Assembly (NCBI GenBank): GCA_002269645.1
Contig: NIVC01004136.1
Location: forward strand, 1-58,557
Origin: Macrostomum lignano
Taxonomy: Eukaryota
DNA: 58,557 nt
Reading direction: 5' to 3'
Part shown: in pieces, positions 1-11,828 of the stretch
Layout: each line of letters starts with the position of its first letter
How positions within the stretch are numbered: the stretch's first letter is position 1
Made by a program: the position numbers and the translations under genes
Notes under the pieces: generated by a model
Database searches by the model: none
The model's input: only the letters and a program-made list of their open reading frames with translations
Told to the model about the DNA's origin: nothing

Positions 1-43
1 TGGTCTGTCTTCTGCATTTTTATGATTGCCAGGGTCCTTACAG

Positions 44-151
44 GCTGTGTCTTCAGCGCAGAATTAGCCAGTGGTCCATGGCTCTGTCTTCAGCACAGAA
101 TTAGCCAGTGGTCCATGGCTCTGTCTTCAGCACAGAATTAGCCAGTGGTCC
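44..151. repeat. 37-bp tandem repeat, ~3 copies
   Basis: GAATTAGCCAGTGGTCCATGGCTCTGTCTTCAGCACA starts at 61 and 98, with a partial unit at 135. Confidence 0.9.
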
Positions 152-1974
152 ATGATGTTGCTATTTAGAATCTCCGGGGCTCCGGCCAGTTTTGGGTGGC
201 CGATCCGGAGTCTGCAAACGGTTTTGGGTCTCCGCGATAGGAGATCCATAACCCTTGTGGGAGCTCCGGGGCATGGTCAGTCTCCCCATCCGGAGATCCT
301 AAACCGGATTCTGTTGTCACCTTGGAGATTCTGCACCGTTTTGCTGATCTCCGTCACGAGTGCAAAAACTAAGGTTTGATTTGAGACCTCCGATATCCCC
401 ATTTTTATCACCGGAAATTATTATCTTTGAATTGTGTACAGTTACCTTCTCTTCGCCACTTAACAATGTTCATCGAGGCATAAATGGTAGTATAAATTGC
501 TATCTAAATCAGTAATTTTTCCATTTCAAGACATTTTCCACATCAGAAAGCCAGATCAGGACAAAAATAGCAAGCTTTGGTAAACACGAGTAAATGTGTT
601 GTCAATCCTTAATTTAGAATACAATTTTAACGAAAAACTGGAGATTCGCTCAACTCGTGCAATTTGCTATAATATCAGCTGACTTTCGTGCTCAATGGCT
701 CATTAAAATGATGGGTTTCGACCTTTCGGCCCCTTATGGGGAAGCCTTCTGGCCTCAGGTCTCAGAAATAAATTCAATTAGAGTCCTGGCCCCCACTCCT
801 GTCAGATGGTCAGCCCCATGGTAGCTTGATCGTGTGGCGAGCAGTCTAGGTCCTATAGCTAAGAGAGGGACAGCGAGAGACAAGCAGGGAGAAATTTGAA
901 GGTAGAGATTAGCCTAATCCGCAGACTAAGCTAACTCGCTGCCACCAGCCGTGCGCCCTGGCTCACCACACCGGGACTCTCGAAATCGGGCTTCCGACTA
1001 GAAGGGGCTTTGCACTTACCTGCCAACAAGTGTCTTTTTGCTGTCAATCTCGATGTCATAGCCGATGATAAGGGACACTGCTGGGACTTGATCGCATTGG
1101 CCATGCAGGTACAGAGGGGACTTGTGCAGGGATTCTTGCAGTGGCGAGTCTATGGGTAGCTACATGTACTATTACATTGCTAAATACGAAGATATGTACT
1201 TTTGGCCTTCAAGGCGCCAACTAGCCTCTCATAGCGCTGATGATAGACTAACTCGAACCTCAGAGACCGCATGATTCATTACCCGAGCCGCTTGGCTAAC
1301 CTAGAGTGCACAGAGTACATCTCTGGCGCCGATTCTGCACTTCTGGCAGTCTTGTTCACTGATTTGATAGATTGATCGACTGAGAACCGCCTTGCCATTG
1401 GTCCACTGTGACCGGCGCCTACTAGCTTAGCTACTCATCTGAGCCATCGGCGAACAAAGAAATAAAACCGATAAAAATAAATGTCAGATTTAACCTTCTC
1501 CTTAGATCACTTCACACTTCAGATTGAATTGGAGTCTTAGACTACTAGCAGTATTATTGAGTGATTTCTGCCTCAGTAACAGCACTACTGAACAAAATGA
1601 GCAAAAGTGTGCGCCTAATCCAGCTACTGATACAGGGGACAGATAGGGGATCACCCAATCAAGCAAGTCTAGGTAGCCTCTCACCCAACCAATCAGAAAC
1701 TCAACAGCCGGAGACCAGGTTATCCACAGTGACCGAATCGGCTTGATGCTTCGCAGCTGTAGACCCGGGATGATGCTGATGTCACAATCTTCGCAGATAG
1801 CTAGCAGGTGATGATCTTAACTTTGATGTTCGCTGCTGATGACGGGGGGATTCGTCCTTGATGATGATGGGGGAAGTCGCAATCCGGGGATCAAGAAACG
1901 ACGGCCACGCTCCGGGATGTCTCAAGCTAGGCTAAGGTCCCAGGAGGTTGAGGTCCGAGCGGGCCAAAAACACC

Positions 1975-2110
1975 GGTTTAAATAGCCGCCAACTGGACCG
2001 CAGTTTGTTATAATGGAACACGTCGATTCTGATTGGCTGAGCCGTTTTGTTAAAATGAGCGCCGAATTTTCTGATTGGCTAAGCTTGTTGCTACCCAGAA
2101 TCACGTGACC
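1975..2110 (-). promoter_or_regulatory. Pol II promoter-like cluster (E-box, 2x CCAAT, TATA-like)
   Basis: On the minus strand: CACGTG (2102-2107), AGCCAATCAG twice (2071-2080, 2029-2038), then TATTTAAA (1977-1984), in canonical order and spacing. No downstream gene identified. Confidence 0.4.
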
Positions 2111-3319
2111 GAGAGATCCTATCAGTTCCCACAGGGTCGTAAAAAGATGACAGGTGCGGCCATAAATCAATCAAAATTGCAACAGAATGATTTATGACTT
2201 TTCGCGTAGGATTGACAGAAATTAATGAAAAATATACATTAGAAAGCTCTTATTAAATAGAAAGTGAAGATAATGAAGAGAAATCGCTAATCTAATCCCA
2301 AAGTACTTTTAGGGGTAAAACGCATAGCTGTCAAAGCTGTCACACGCTTGAGTGAACACGAACAATAGGCTCTGACCTCATAAATCTTGATGGCCTGTCA
2401 AAATGATGAGAAAAAAGCTACCGCCCGCATCCTCTCAGACCATCTGGCGCCCGCCTCAACACTGAGTGAGGCGCAGGTGGCTGTCAGACCAGCTTCGAAA
2501 GCGATTATTTATGACCCAAAAAGCTGCGCCTATGTTATTATGACTACTAGTATGGCCAGACATTATATCTAGTATAGATTCTATGACTATTCGCAGAAAA
2601 AGGATAAAAATGCCCACTGCCCACTGTTAGTAGGCAAGTAAGTTTTGAGCCCATGTGTTAGCACGGGGTTTGGAAAAAAGTGCGTCCTCATCACAAATGA
2701 GAATACAGTTTTAGTATTTCATAGCGTTTTCATTTGAATGCCTACAATTTAGTTCTTTCCTTTTACCCCGATGAAAACGGTATCTAGGCCAAGAAGCGTC
2801 CCGGAGTCAAAGCGTCACCCCCCCCTCCCCGAGTCGTTTCGGACGTGTTGCAGATGACAGGTCAAATAAGAAAGAAGTGATTCTAAACGACGCTAAAACG
2901 ATGAGATATCACGGTACAAGTCGCCAAAAGGTCGTGAAAGAGTCGCCCCAGAATCACTTTGATGCGTTTTATTGTCTGGGACTCTGAAACGATGCAAATG
3001 AACACTCAGCTTTACTTGTAGCCTATTGAACTCTATAGTTGCACTCTCTAGCCTACTGAGTTATTATAAAGTTTGGAAAGTCTTGGACGACTTTTTGCGA
3101 CTCTTTTACGCGTCGACAACTCACGTGACGCGCTTGTGAACCAACAGTCGCCTCTCCAACGCAATGGACGCGTTTGAGTCGTTAAAAGTCTCAAGAGTCG
3201 CCCCAGAGGCACAAGTCACTAGAGAGTTGTTTCCAACGCCTTTTTAGCGACTCTTGTCACGGTATGGTTTTTAACGAGTTCAAGTTAGAAGCTACATTCG
3301 TAGCAGGGCTGTGAGCACC

Positions 3320-3332
3320 CTGGCGCAGCGCA
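3320..3332 (+). repeat. 5' target-site duplication of the LINE
   Basis: CTGGCGCAGCGCA, identical to 9229-9241. Confidence 0.9.
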
Positions 3333-3845
3333 CACGCGAAGGCGTATTCAGCATGCCAGTGAAGTATGAGACGGACTAGGCCCATGGGCTAAGGTCTGCG
3401 ATGCTTCACGCCTGCCCCTATCTTCAGCAGGTCAAGGCTGGTGGGAGGTCTGCACCCTCTATTTGCCTCTGGCAGCCGCAGACCCCCCACGCTGTCTCGC
3501 AAGTCGACCCAGGGTACTCGTCCCGCGTGTGTTCAAGGCAGTCCCTAGGGCTGCTGGACAGACTGGGCTCCGGCGCTGGCGACCCTATCCAGTGGCTTCG
3601 GCCGAATTTGGGTATGCGGGTCTGGCTCGCCAACCTGCAGGCCGTGGTACTGCTCAACGTACTCTCTAATGCCTAAGGTGTTGACCGTGCCGATGGGCTG
3701 GAAGGCCGGGGAGTAGTCCGGTCGCAAGCGGTCCCCCTCCTGGTGTCGGGCCAGCCTTGAGGGTGCTATTGGCCTACTGCCCGGTCAGGTGGAGCGGCCG
3801 GGTGGGTACCGCGCCCCTTTGAGGGTAGCCCACCAACCTTTTATC

Positions 3846-5349
3846 ATGGCCTTCGAGCCGATTATGGATAACAAAGCTTTTTCTAGGGACGGGGACCCTT
3901 CTAAACCCCAACCTCAGTCCGAAGGACCGGCCGGCCCTGCTGGCAGATCCCAACCGACTGATTCAACTGTGGCAAAGGAAGGACCGGCTGGCTCTGCTGG
4001 CAGATCCGACCAGAGCTACCAAACTCATAATACCCAAAGACCTGCCAGCTCCGCTGGTGGATCTAAGGGAACCGCGAGCTCTGAGCCTAAAGGACCGGCC
4101 AAATCTGGCAGATCCGATGAAGCTCAGCGGCTCGGCTTGAGCGCAAACGCGCTAAACAACGCGCCAAAAGGCAGGCCAAGAAGGGAGCTGCGGGGGCCAA
4201 AGCGGCGGCGTCCACCATGGATGCTGAAGCGACTGGCGTCCCAAGGCAACCAGACGGGCCGGCCGGTGGAAGCTCCGGTAGTTCAGCGGCGGCGCTCCCT
4301 GGAGATGCTGCTGCGGCTGCTGAGGCCGAAACCACGGCGCAACAAATGGCCACTGCCAACAAGGAGGTTCCTTCGGGAGCTACCTTTGCGGCGAAGGCCA
4401 AGGCCAAAATCCCGGGAGTGATCATCCAAGGTCGCGACCAGGACTGGACCACTGATCAGCTTCAAAAAGTGTGGAGTGCTGTTGACTCCTATCTGATTGA
4501 GCTGACTGTCGAGGAGGGAATCTCCATCGGCATTGAGCGGATGGTGCTGCGAAGCACATTCGTTCTTATTGCTCCTAGCAGCGAGGAGGACGCTCGGCAG
4601 CTGCTCCAGCGGCTACCAACGGTCTCCTTGGATGCTGACCTTGGCGGAGCTCTTTTTCTTCGCGAGGGCCAGCGTCCAAAGACGATACCCTATGTGGTTT
4701 TCGTCCCTGCTAAGAGCACCGCAGCTGGACCAGACGTTATTCGCCGGGTCCTACTGCGTCTGAACCCCGACCTCCCTGCTAGTGGACTGGTGTATCACCG
4801 TAAAGTCCGCAGGGGGGAGACGGGCAACTCAATTGTCCTCGGCCTTTCCAGCACTTGGGCGAGTCGGTACCCTAATGGATCCTCTTTCCAGCTGGGTGCC
4901 CTCAAGCTCAAGATGCGCCGAGGAAAGTCTGCCAAAGGGAAGGCTACTGCCAACCCCGGCATCTCCGGCAAGAGCGGGGCGCAGTCTAAGGCCCAAGGAA
5001 AGGCGCAAGCCGATCCCAAAGCCAAAGCTGCATCTCGCCCCTCTGCTAGCAGCAGTTCGGCGACCGCGGTAACGGCTCGGCCAAGCCCCGGGAACCAAAC
5101 CTGCCAGTCGGAGAAGGAGTTGAGGACGAGGCCGGGTCTTCGGAATCCGAGCTCTCCTCGGCCACCCTGGTGGGGTCTGAAGGTAAAGATGCAGGTGAGG
5201 AAGCTTCCTCCATCCTGTCATCGGAGCCTGAGGACTCTGCTGGGGGGGCCGGTGGGGGTGAGGAGGCCATGGACGTCGACCAACTCCCATCTCCCAGTCA
5301 AGCCCCAGCGGCCTGGGACGAGGACGATCTGTTGTCCAAGTCTCCTTGA
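3846..5349 (+). CDS. LINE ORF1 (gag-like; central region resembles DUF4780 of LOA/R1 ORF1), two apparent 1-nt deletions (~4128, ~5088)
   Basis: ATG 3846; frames join as ...ARLERKRAKQRAKRQAKK..MDAE...LLRLNPDLPASGLVYH...; acidic C-terminus EDEAGSSES...DEDDLLSKSP* ends at TGA 5347-5349. The DUF4780 resemblance is from recall, not a search. Confidence 0.7.
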
Positions 5350-5388
5350 TGGCCCTGGGCTCTAGCCAGAAATTGCATTTAATACAGT

Positions 5389-8300
5389 ATGACTAAGCTC
5401 CACGCTGCCAAAGGAGCGACATTCTGTCTGCAAATTAATTTACAGCATTGCGTATCTGCGTCAGTAAATCTGATGAAGATTGCTGAGCTGTACAGGCCAG
5501 GCCTCATCCTGATCCAGGAACCCTGGATGCGCAACGGTAAGTTGCCCAACATTCCCTCTGGCTACTCTGATTTTTATGTGTGTGGCCCGGGGAACAGCCG
5601 CCCTAGAGCGGCTATCCTCGCTGCTAGCCATCTCCAGGCTTGGCTGAGGACTGATCTCTCTGATGGAGACCTTTGCGTCATCCAATCTAATCATTTCTCT
5701 CCGCGTACGTGTCTTGTTGCCTCGGTTTATATCCCAGGCGACAGAGACCCTGCTCCTGAGAGTTTACTGCGCCTCGCGCAGTACTGCGAGTCCCAGAACG
5801 CTGAGCTGTGCTTAGGGGGCGACCTCAACGCGCACCACAAGCACTGGGGCAGCAAAGATACCAACACTAGAGGAGAGGAGCTTCTGGCCCTCATCTCTAA
5901 CACAAACCTCATGCTCTGCAACCGCGGCAGCACTCCTACCTTTAATAATGGCAGATGGACCGAGGTCTCGACGCCACACTCGTTACCCCAAGACTCTTTG
6001 ACAGAGTTGAGGAGTGGAGAGTCTGGTCTGAGGAGCCCTCCCTGTCTGACCACTGCTTTATCGCCTTTAACATCGCGGACACTAAAACCCAGTCTCCGAT
6101 CACTTGGAGACGCAATATCCGCAACACTGATTGGGCGGCCTACAAGGCTGCCCTTGATCTGCACCTGCAGGAACTCACGGACTTACGTCCGATTGAGACC
6201 TGCGAGGATGTGGATCATATGGCTGAGACGCTGACAGGTTGCATTATTGCAGCCTACGAAGCGGCTTGTCCTGCTCGCGCCTACAAAGGCAAGACCTCGG
6301 CGCCGTGGTGGAACCCGGAGCTGGGGAAACTCAGGCGGAAGGCCAAAAGCCTTCATCGCCGTGCCATGAAGACCGGAAACCCGGAGGACATGGAGCTTTT
6401 CCGGCAAGCCTCCCGCAATTTCAAATCTGAAGTGCGCAAGGCCAAGGAATGTAAGTGGCGCCAATTCTGCAATGAATTGGATCAAGACAGACCTACTTCT
6501 AGGCTTGTCAAGGCCCTTACAATGGACAAAATGTCCAAATTAGCCATGATCAAAAAAGATGATGGCTCCCTTACTAAAGACCCTGAAGAAGTGCTTCAGC
6601 ATATGCTTAGCACATTCTCTCCCCGAGGGTACCTACTGCTAGACCGGAGCCCAACCATTCGATGGATGGAGCCACCCTAGCGGCGGGCATTGTCACTGAA
6701 GACCTAATCGCTCGTGCGGTCAGAACCTTCAAACCCTTCAAATCTCCTGGACCTGATGGTATCTACCCTGTTCTCCTTCGTGAAGCAGCCAAGATACCCT
6801 CGTTCCTGAGACTCACCCGCAATCTTATGCGGGCCTCTATCCAGCTGGGATACGTTCCCAAATGCTGGACTGAAGCTCGGGTAGTCTTTATTCCCAAACC
6901 TGGGAAGGGTGACTACCAAAGCGTCAAGGCCTTCCGGCCTATTAGCTTAACGTCAGCAATGCTTAAGCTCACTGAGAGGCTTATTCTCTGGCGGCTGCTG
7001 TCCTGCGAGCTGACAGCGATGCCCCTCAGCAATAATCAGCACGCCTTCCGTACCGGGAGGTCGACTGACAGCGCCCTGCATGCGATTGTCGAGAAGATTG
7101 AAAGGGCGGTACTGGGTGACGGTTACGCTCTGGCTCTCTTTCTTGACATTGTTGGCGCCTTCGACAACGTTATCTTTGAAGCGTTTCAGAGGGCCCTTCA
7201 AAATCGCAAAGCTCATGCTACCCTCATACGGTGGATCATGTACATGATCTCCAACCGTACGGTCACTGCCAACTTCTTGGGCAAACTGCCTCCACCAGAG
7301 TCTGTAAGGGTGGACCCCAAGGCGGAGTCCTCACCCCGACGCTCTGGAACCTGGTCATGGACGCTCTTTTGAGTGACTCCCGACCCGACCCCGTCTTCAA
7401 AGTCGGGTATGCTGATGACGTCACGGCCATTGTGGCAGGACCGTCTCCCAGCACGCTCAGGGATCTGATGCAGAGCTTTATCCGCAAAGCAGAATCCTGG
7501 GCCAATGACAATGGTCTGGAACTCTCTGAGCCCAAAACCGTTGCCATTATGTTTACCAGCAGACTACGCTGGAACATACGTCCTCTGCAGCTCTACGGCA
7601 GAGATATTGCCTTCGCGCACCAGACCAGATGTCTCGGGGTCATACTTGACCACCGGCTCAACTGGTCCTTCCACGTGAAAGCAAAAGCCAAGCGTGCCTC
7701 AGCCATCCTGGCCCAGCTCCGACGAGCACTTGGCACTTCTTGGGGTCTATCCCCAAAGCGGCTTTGGTGGATCTATACTTCCGTAGTTAGACCTGCCATT
7801 ACGTACGCCTCTGTTGTCTGGGTTAGCGCTGCCCAGGTCAAAAGCCATGCAGACCTGCTCAACACGATCCAAGGCAGAGCGTGTAGGCTCATCTGCAACG
7901 CCACCAGGTCCACGCCCTTTGCTGGCATGGGGGCCTTCCTTAATCTTCCGCCTCTTGACCTCTTCATCAGGGGTGAGGCGGCTAGAACGACGCGGCGTCT
8001 AATAGATGCCGGCGTCAAATTCATTTACATGAGAGCACCTGCTAAGCGGAACCTTGTCCCGCATAGCGATCTGTGCCTCAACTTTCTCAACGAGTGTCAG
8101 GCCAATCGCGTCTTCACCGATGGCATTGCCTCAACGCTCAACCTGAGACAGCGCTACTCCGTAGCTATCGACTCGCGCGATAACATCAATGACCAATGGA
8201 ACCCTGGTGAGCTTCATTGCTACACCGACGGTTCTAAGCAGTCAGCCAACACCGGCTTTGGTGTTGGAATCTTTCTGAACGGGAGGGTCATCGCTACCCA

Positions 8301-9129
8301 CGCTCAATACACTGGGGTCAACTCCAGTGTTTTCCAAAATGAAGTTCTGGCCATCAGCTCCTGCACTGCAGAGCTTCTCGCCACTGGCGTTACTGGTAAG
8401 AACATCATTTTCCATTCGGACAGCCAAGCTGCCTTGCACGCCATCAGTGGCTGCAGCACCAACTCTGCTACAGTCCTCGACTGTATCAAACTCCTCAACG
8501 TGTTGGGTTCCGCCAACAAAATTACCCTTAAGTGGGTTCCGGGGCATGTGGGGATCCGAGGAAATGAGTTGGCTGACACCCTTGCAAAAGTTGGTGCCTC
8601 CGGCTCCTCTCTCGGCCCCGAACCTCTTGTCCCGATTCCTGGCTGTGTCATCGACTCGCGCATCAAAGCGTGGATCAGGACTCAGCACCGCTCGACTTGG
8701 GCGAACCGCACGAACTGCAGGCAATCCAGAGGCGCTGTCCCTCAGCCCTCTCACCAGCTCCGGAAGCTCCTCTTGCGCCTCTCGCGCAGAGACATCCGGG
8801 CTGCCACCATGACCCTCTCTGGTCACGGCTGCTTCTCCAGGCACCAGTACCTGCAGGGCAACGCCACCAACGCCACCTGTAGTTTCTGCAACTCAGGTGA
8901 CGAAACCGCTGAGCATTTCGTCAGCATCTGTCCCGCCTTCACGCGGGCCAGACTCACTTACCTCGGGCCACACACATCTATTACTGAAGCGTGCAAACCC
9001 GAAAACTTTAATCAGCTCATGCGCTACCTTCGGGCCACCCGCAGGGCTGAACTCTCCTTTCCAGAGAGCACCATAGCTGCTGGCGACACTGGGGGACCTC
9101 CCTGGGCGGCGCCAACCCTCCGTCCATAG
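5389..9129 (+). CDS. LINE ORF2: AP endonuclease, reverse transcriptase, RNase H, C-terminal CCHC; three apparent 1-nt deletions (~5962, ~6625, ~7281)
   Basis: APE motifs QINLQH, IQEPW, GGDLNAHH, SDH; RT motifs KSPGPDG, FRPISL, QHAFR, FLDIVGAFD, PQGGVL, YADD; RNase H motifs YTDGS, NEVLAI, SDSQAA, WVPGH..GNELAD; CSFC..ETAEHFVSIC. Confidence 0.95.
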
Positions 9130-9228
9130 CGAAGCGTCGGCCGTTCAGGGACTAGCGGAATGGGCGCCCGCGCCTTCCCGCTGTGTCCCCTCCGGGACAG
9201 CCCTGCAGCTAAGTCAAGTAAGTCAAGT

Positions 9229-9241
9229 CTGGCGCAGCGCA
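9229..9241 (+). repeat. 3' target-site duplication of the LINE
   Basis: CTGGCGCAGCGCA directly after the tail repeats. Confidence 0.9.
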
Positions 9242-10485
9242 TTCGGTACTCTATACTCGCGCATCTCGAGTGGGTTTACGAGGTGACTCATTTCGTTACT
9301 CTTTTGTTTAGAGAAAAATTGGTATCGATTTGTCCTGAGTGAGTGAGTTATATTCTAACATAAATGCACATCTTAGTTTGCATTATTCATGTAATCGTAC
9401 ATCGTATTGTTCACTTTTAGAACCTCAGATAATCGCTAACTTGGCCAGTTTGGGCCTCACTTATTTTTCTCGCTCAGCTGGAACCGCAGTCTTCAGACTT
9501 TACAACTCCCTTTTTCTCTCTTGAATATGTTCAAAAGTAGATTGGCTTTTGACCTCTTGAGTCACACTTGAGTAAAAAAATAGTGTGAAAATGAGGGGAC
9601 GCCACTCAACTCGGACTCTATAGCACATTTTCCACGCTTATGATTATTAGTATATGCCTTTATTGCTGTATAGATATACCCACTTAACTCCGAATAATTA
9701 TTACTGAAATATGAAAATGACCAGCGAATCCAACTAAACTAATGGTTTTAGAGCTGGTGTCTCGAGAAAAGCGCATTTTCAAAATTATTAAAAAATCACT
9801 AAAATCGCCGTTTTCAGGCCGATTTCACCCGTTTTAGCCAATTTTCACATATATTTTTGTGGATTTCAAAAGGGTGTGAGGGCATGAGGACGAGAGCACC
9901 CTTTTTTAAAAAAGAGTTCTGAAACTGGGGGTCTGTGAAACATACTACAAGCCAATGCTCCCAACATGCCCTCACCCTCAGTGTCCAACCAACCCCCCCC
10001 CTAAAAAAATCCACAGGTCTCCTTTCTTCCACACCCAACCAGCCCCTTCATTGTAAATTCCTAACCCTGGCAGTAGTAGTGTGATGAGTCACATCTTATT
10101 GCTCGCGAGTGACACTAAAAGATGTGGCTCATCCACTTGTGCCCCACTACTACTGCTCAGGCAGCTTCAGCTGCTCTCCGCACCGGACCGAGACGCCTCC
10201 CCCATGAAAGGCTGTTTGGAGGCTGCAGATGAATGACTATAGAAAACTCACAACTCTTCTAGCCTTCTATTGTACCATACTTTGCATCATTCACAATTCA
10301 CCCATGGTGAACTCCCAGTCGGCTGGGCCCCCCGAAGCAGCCACCAACTGCGCCCCCGCCATCCAAGACGGACTCAGCGCCTTCGAATGCAGCCTGTCTG
10401 ACTTCAATGAGCTGTAGTCGGCTGCAAGGCCAACCCCACTGCCTCTAAGAGAGGCAGCCCCTGTTGAAGGCGAGAGATTACCCTG

Positions 10486-10499
10486 GTTGCCATGGCGAC
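10486..10499. promoter_or_regulatory. RFX X-box
   Basis: GTTGCCATGGCGAC, 13/14 match to the palindromic X-box GTTGCCATGGCAAC, ~290 bp upstream of the ATG and kept in both paralogs. Confidence 0.6.
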
Positions 10500-10785
10500 C
10501 GCAGCTAAAACATGATTTCTTCCTCAGGGCTTTTATATTGGCTTGCAGCGCCTGCCTGCTGTGCGACTGCTTACTGAATTTTAAAGATTCTGAGAGATCA
10601 CGGCAGAGTCAGCTTAACTGGTGAGTCTGTTGAGCAAAGGGCATGAGCTGGGCCTCCGGTCTCTACATCTCCCTCTACATCCGCTCTCTATACATCCCTC
10701 CGTCACCCTCCACAATATCATTCACCAGACCTGGAAATCCGCACTGAAGTGACAGCTTTCACCCACTACTCCACATTCAGAGCAA

Positions 10786-11828
10786 ATGCAGCTCCAACCC
10801 GCTCGTCAAGTCGCTCTGCTGCTGCTGCTGCTGCTCGCTGCAGTCCCGCGTCACGTGACCGAAGCCGCCTCCTCTGTGCAGACGTGGCATTCCAGTCGCG
10901 AGAGCCTCTTTGACTACGAGGCCGTGAGGTCGCGCTCGGCTCGGAATGGGTTCGACTGCGCACTTTCAGCGAGCGGCGATTCCGCTGTGCAGCTGGTGGC
11001 ATTCAACGCCAGCTCCGGCCTGTGGGCTCACTTCAGGTGTCGCCTGGGCCTGAGCCACTGCAGGAAGTGCCGCAATGCGAACAAGGGAGCTCAGCGAGTG
11101 TGGGTGAGTCACTCCGTTAGATGTGTCAGCATTACAGCCACGCTTTAACGCAGAGTAGAAAAGCTGCCACACCTGTTGTGTCACCTTGCAGACAGCCGGC
11201 AGTGACTGCTGGACCACTGTGCAGCACAGGGTGTCCGGCTCAGTGGACTTTTACCGCAACTGGACTCAGTACCAGAGCGAGTTCGGCGAGGGACCCGACG
11301 GAAACTACTGGATCGGTGAGTGCATCCCAGATCTGCTCCATTCGCTTCCTTTCCAACTCGGACTTCAATGACAAACACCGCCATGACGTCCGCATCTTCC
11401 CAGGCCTGAACTCTCTCCACGCTCTCACTGCTTCTGGTCCTCGGAAGCTGAGGATTCTGATGAAGGCGTGGAACGACTCTGAGCACTGGGCTGAGTACTC
11501 CAGCTTCTCCGTTGGTCCCGAGTCGGACAACTACCGGCTGAGCGTGTCCGGCTTCTCCGGCAGCGGCGGCATCGGCGACAGCCTCGCTCCCAGGAGCAAC
11601 GGCATGCAGTTCAGCACGAAGGACGCCGACCACGACACCTACGCTAGCAACTGCGCAACAATTTATAAAGGTGCCTGGTGGTTTAGGAGCTGTTTCGCCA
11701 CCCTCCCGAACGGAGAGTACAAATACGCATCTGCTGCCATTGGAGGTGCTTTTGCACAGGGAGTCATTTGGCAATATAACTTCGGATTTTACTACTCGCT
11801 GATGGAGATCGAGATGCTGCTTCTGTAG
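10786..11828 (+). CDS. Secreted fibrinogen-related (FReD/ficolin-like) protein, copy 1; exons 10786-11103, 11192-11315, 11404-11828 (288 aa)
   Basis: Signal peptide ([12 protein letters not shown]); GT-AG introns in consistent phase; FBG motifs [20 protein letters not shown]....[35 protein letters not shown]. Confidence 0.93.

Larger units (their letters stand above)
3333..9228 (+). mobile_element. Full-length non-LTR retrotransposon (APE-RT-RNase H; LOA/R1-like)
   Basis: Two ORFs; flanked by the identical 13-mer CTGGCGCAGCGCA (3320-3332 and 9229-9241); 3' tail TAAGTCAAGTAAGTCAAGT. Confidence 0.95.

Noticed and set aside
700-770. Functional hammerhead ribozyme on the minus strand
   Set aside because: GAAAC is present but the CUGANGA core is incomplete and stems I/III could not be closed
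2905-3265. MITE from imperfect GAGTCGC/GCGACTC inverted motifs
   Set aside because: Only ~30 bp of loose inverted similarity, with no clear termini or TSD
3705-3740. Twister- or 16S-like GGGGAGTAGTCCGGTCGCAAG motif
   Set aside because: Short resemblance only; the remaining conserved elements are absent
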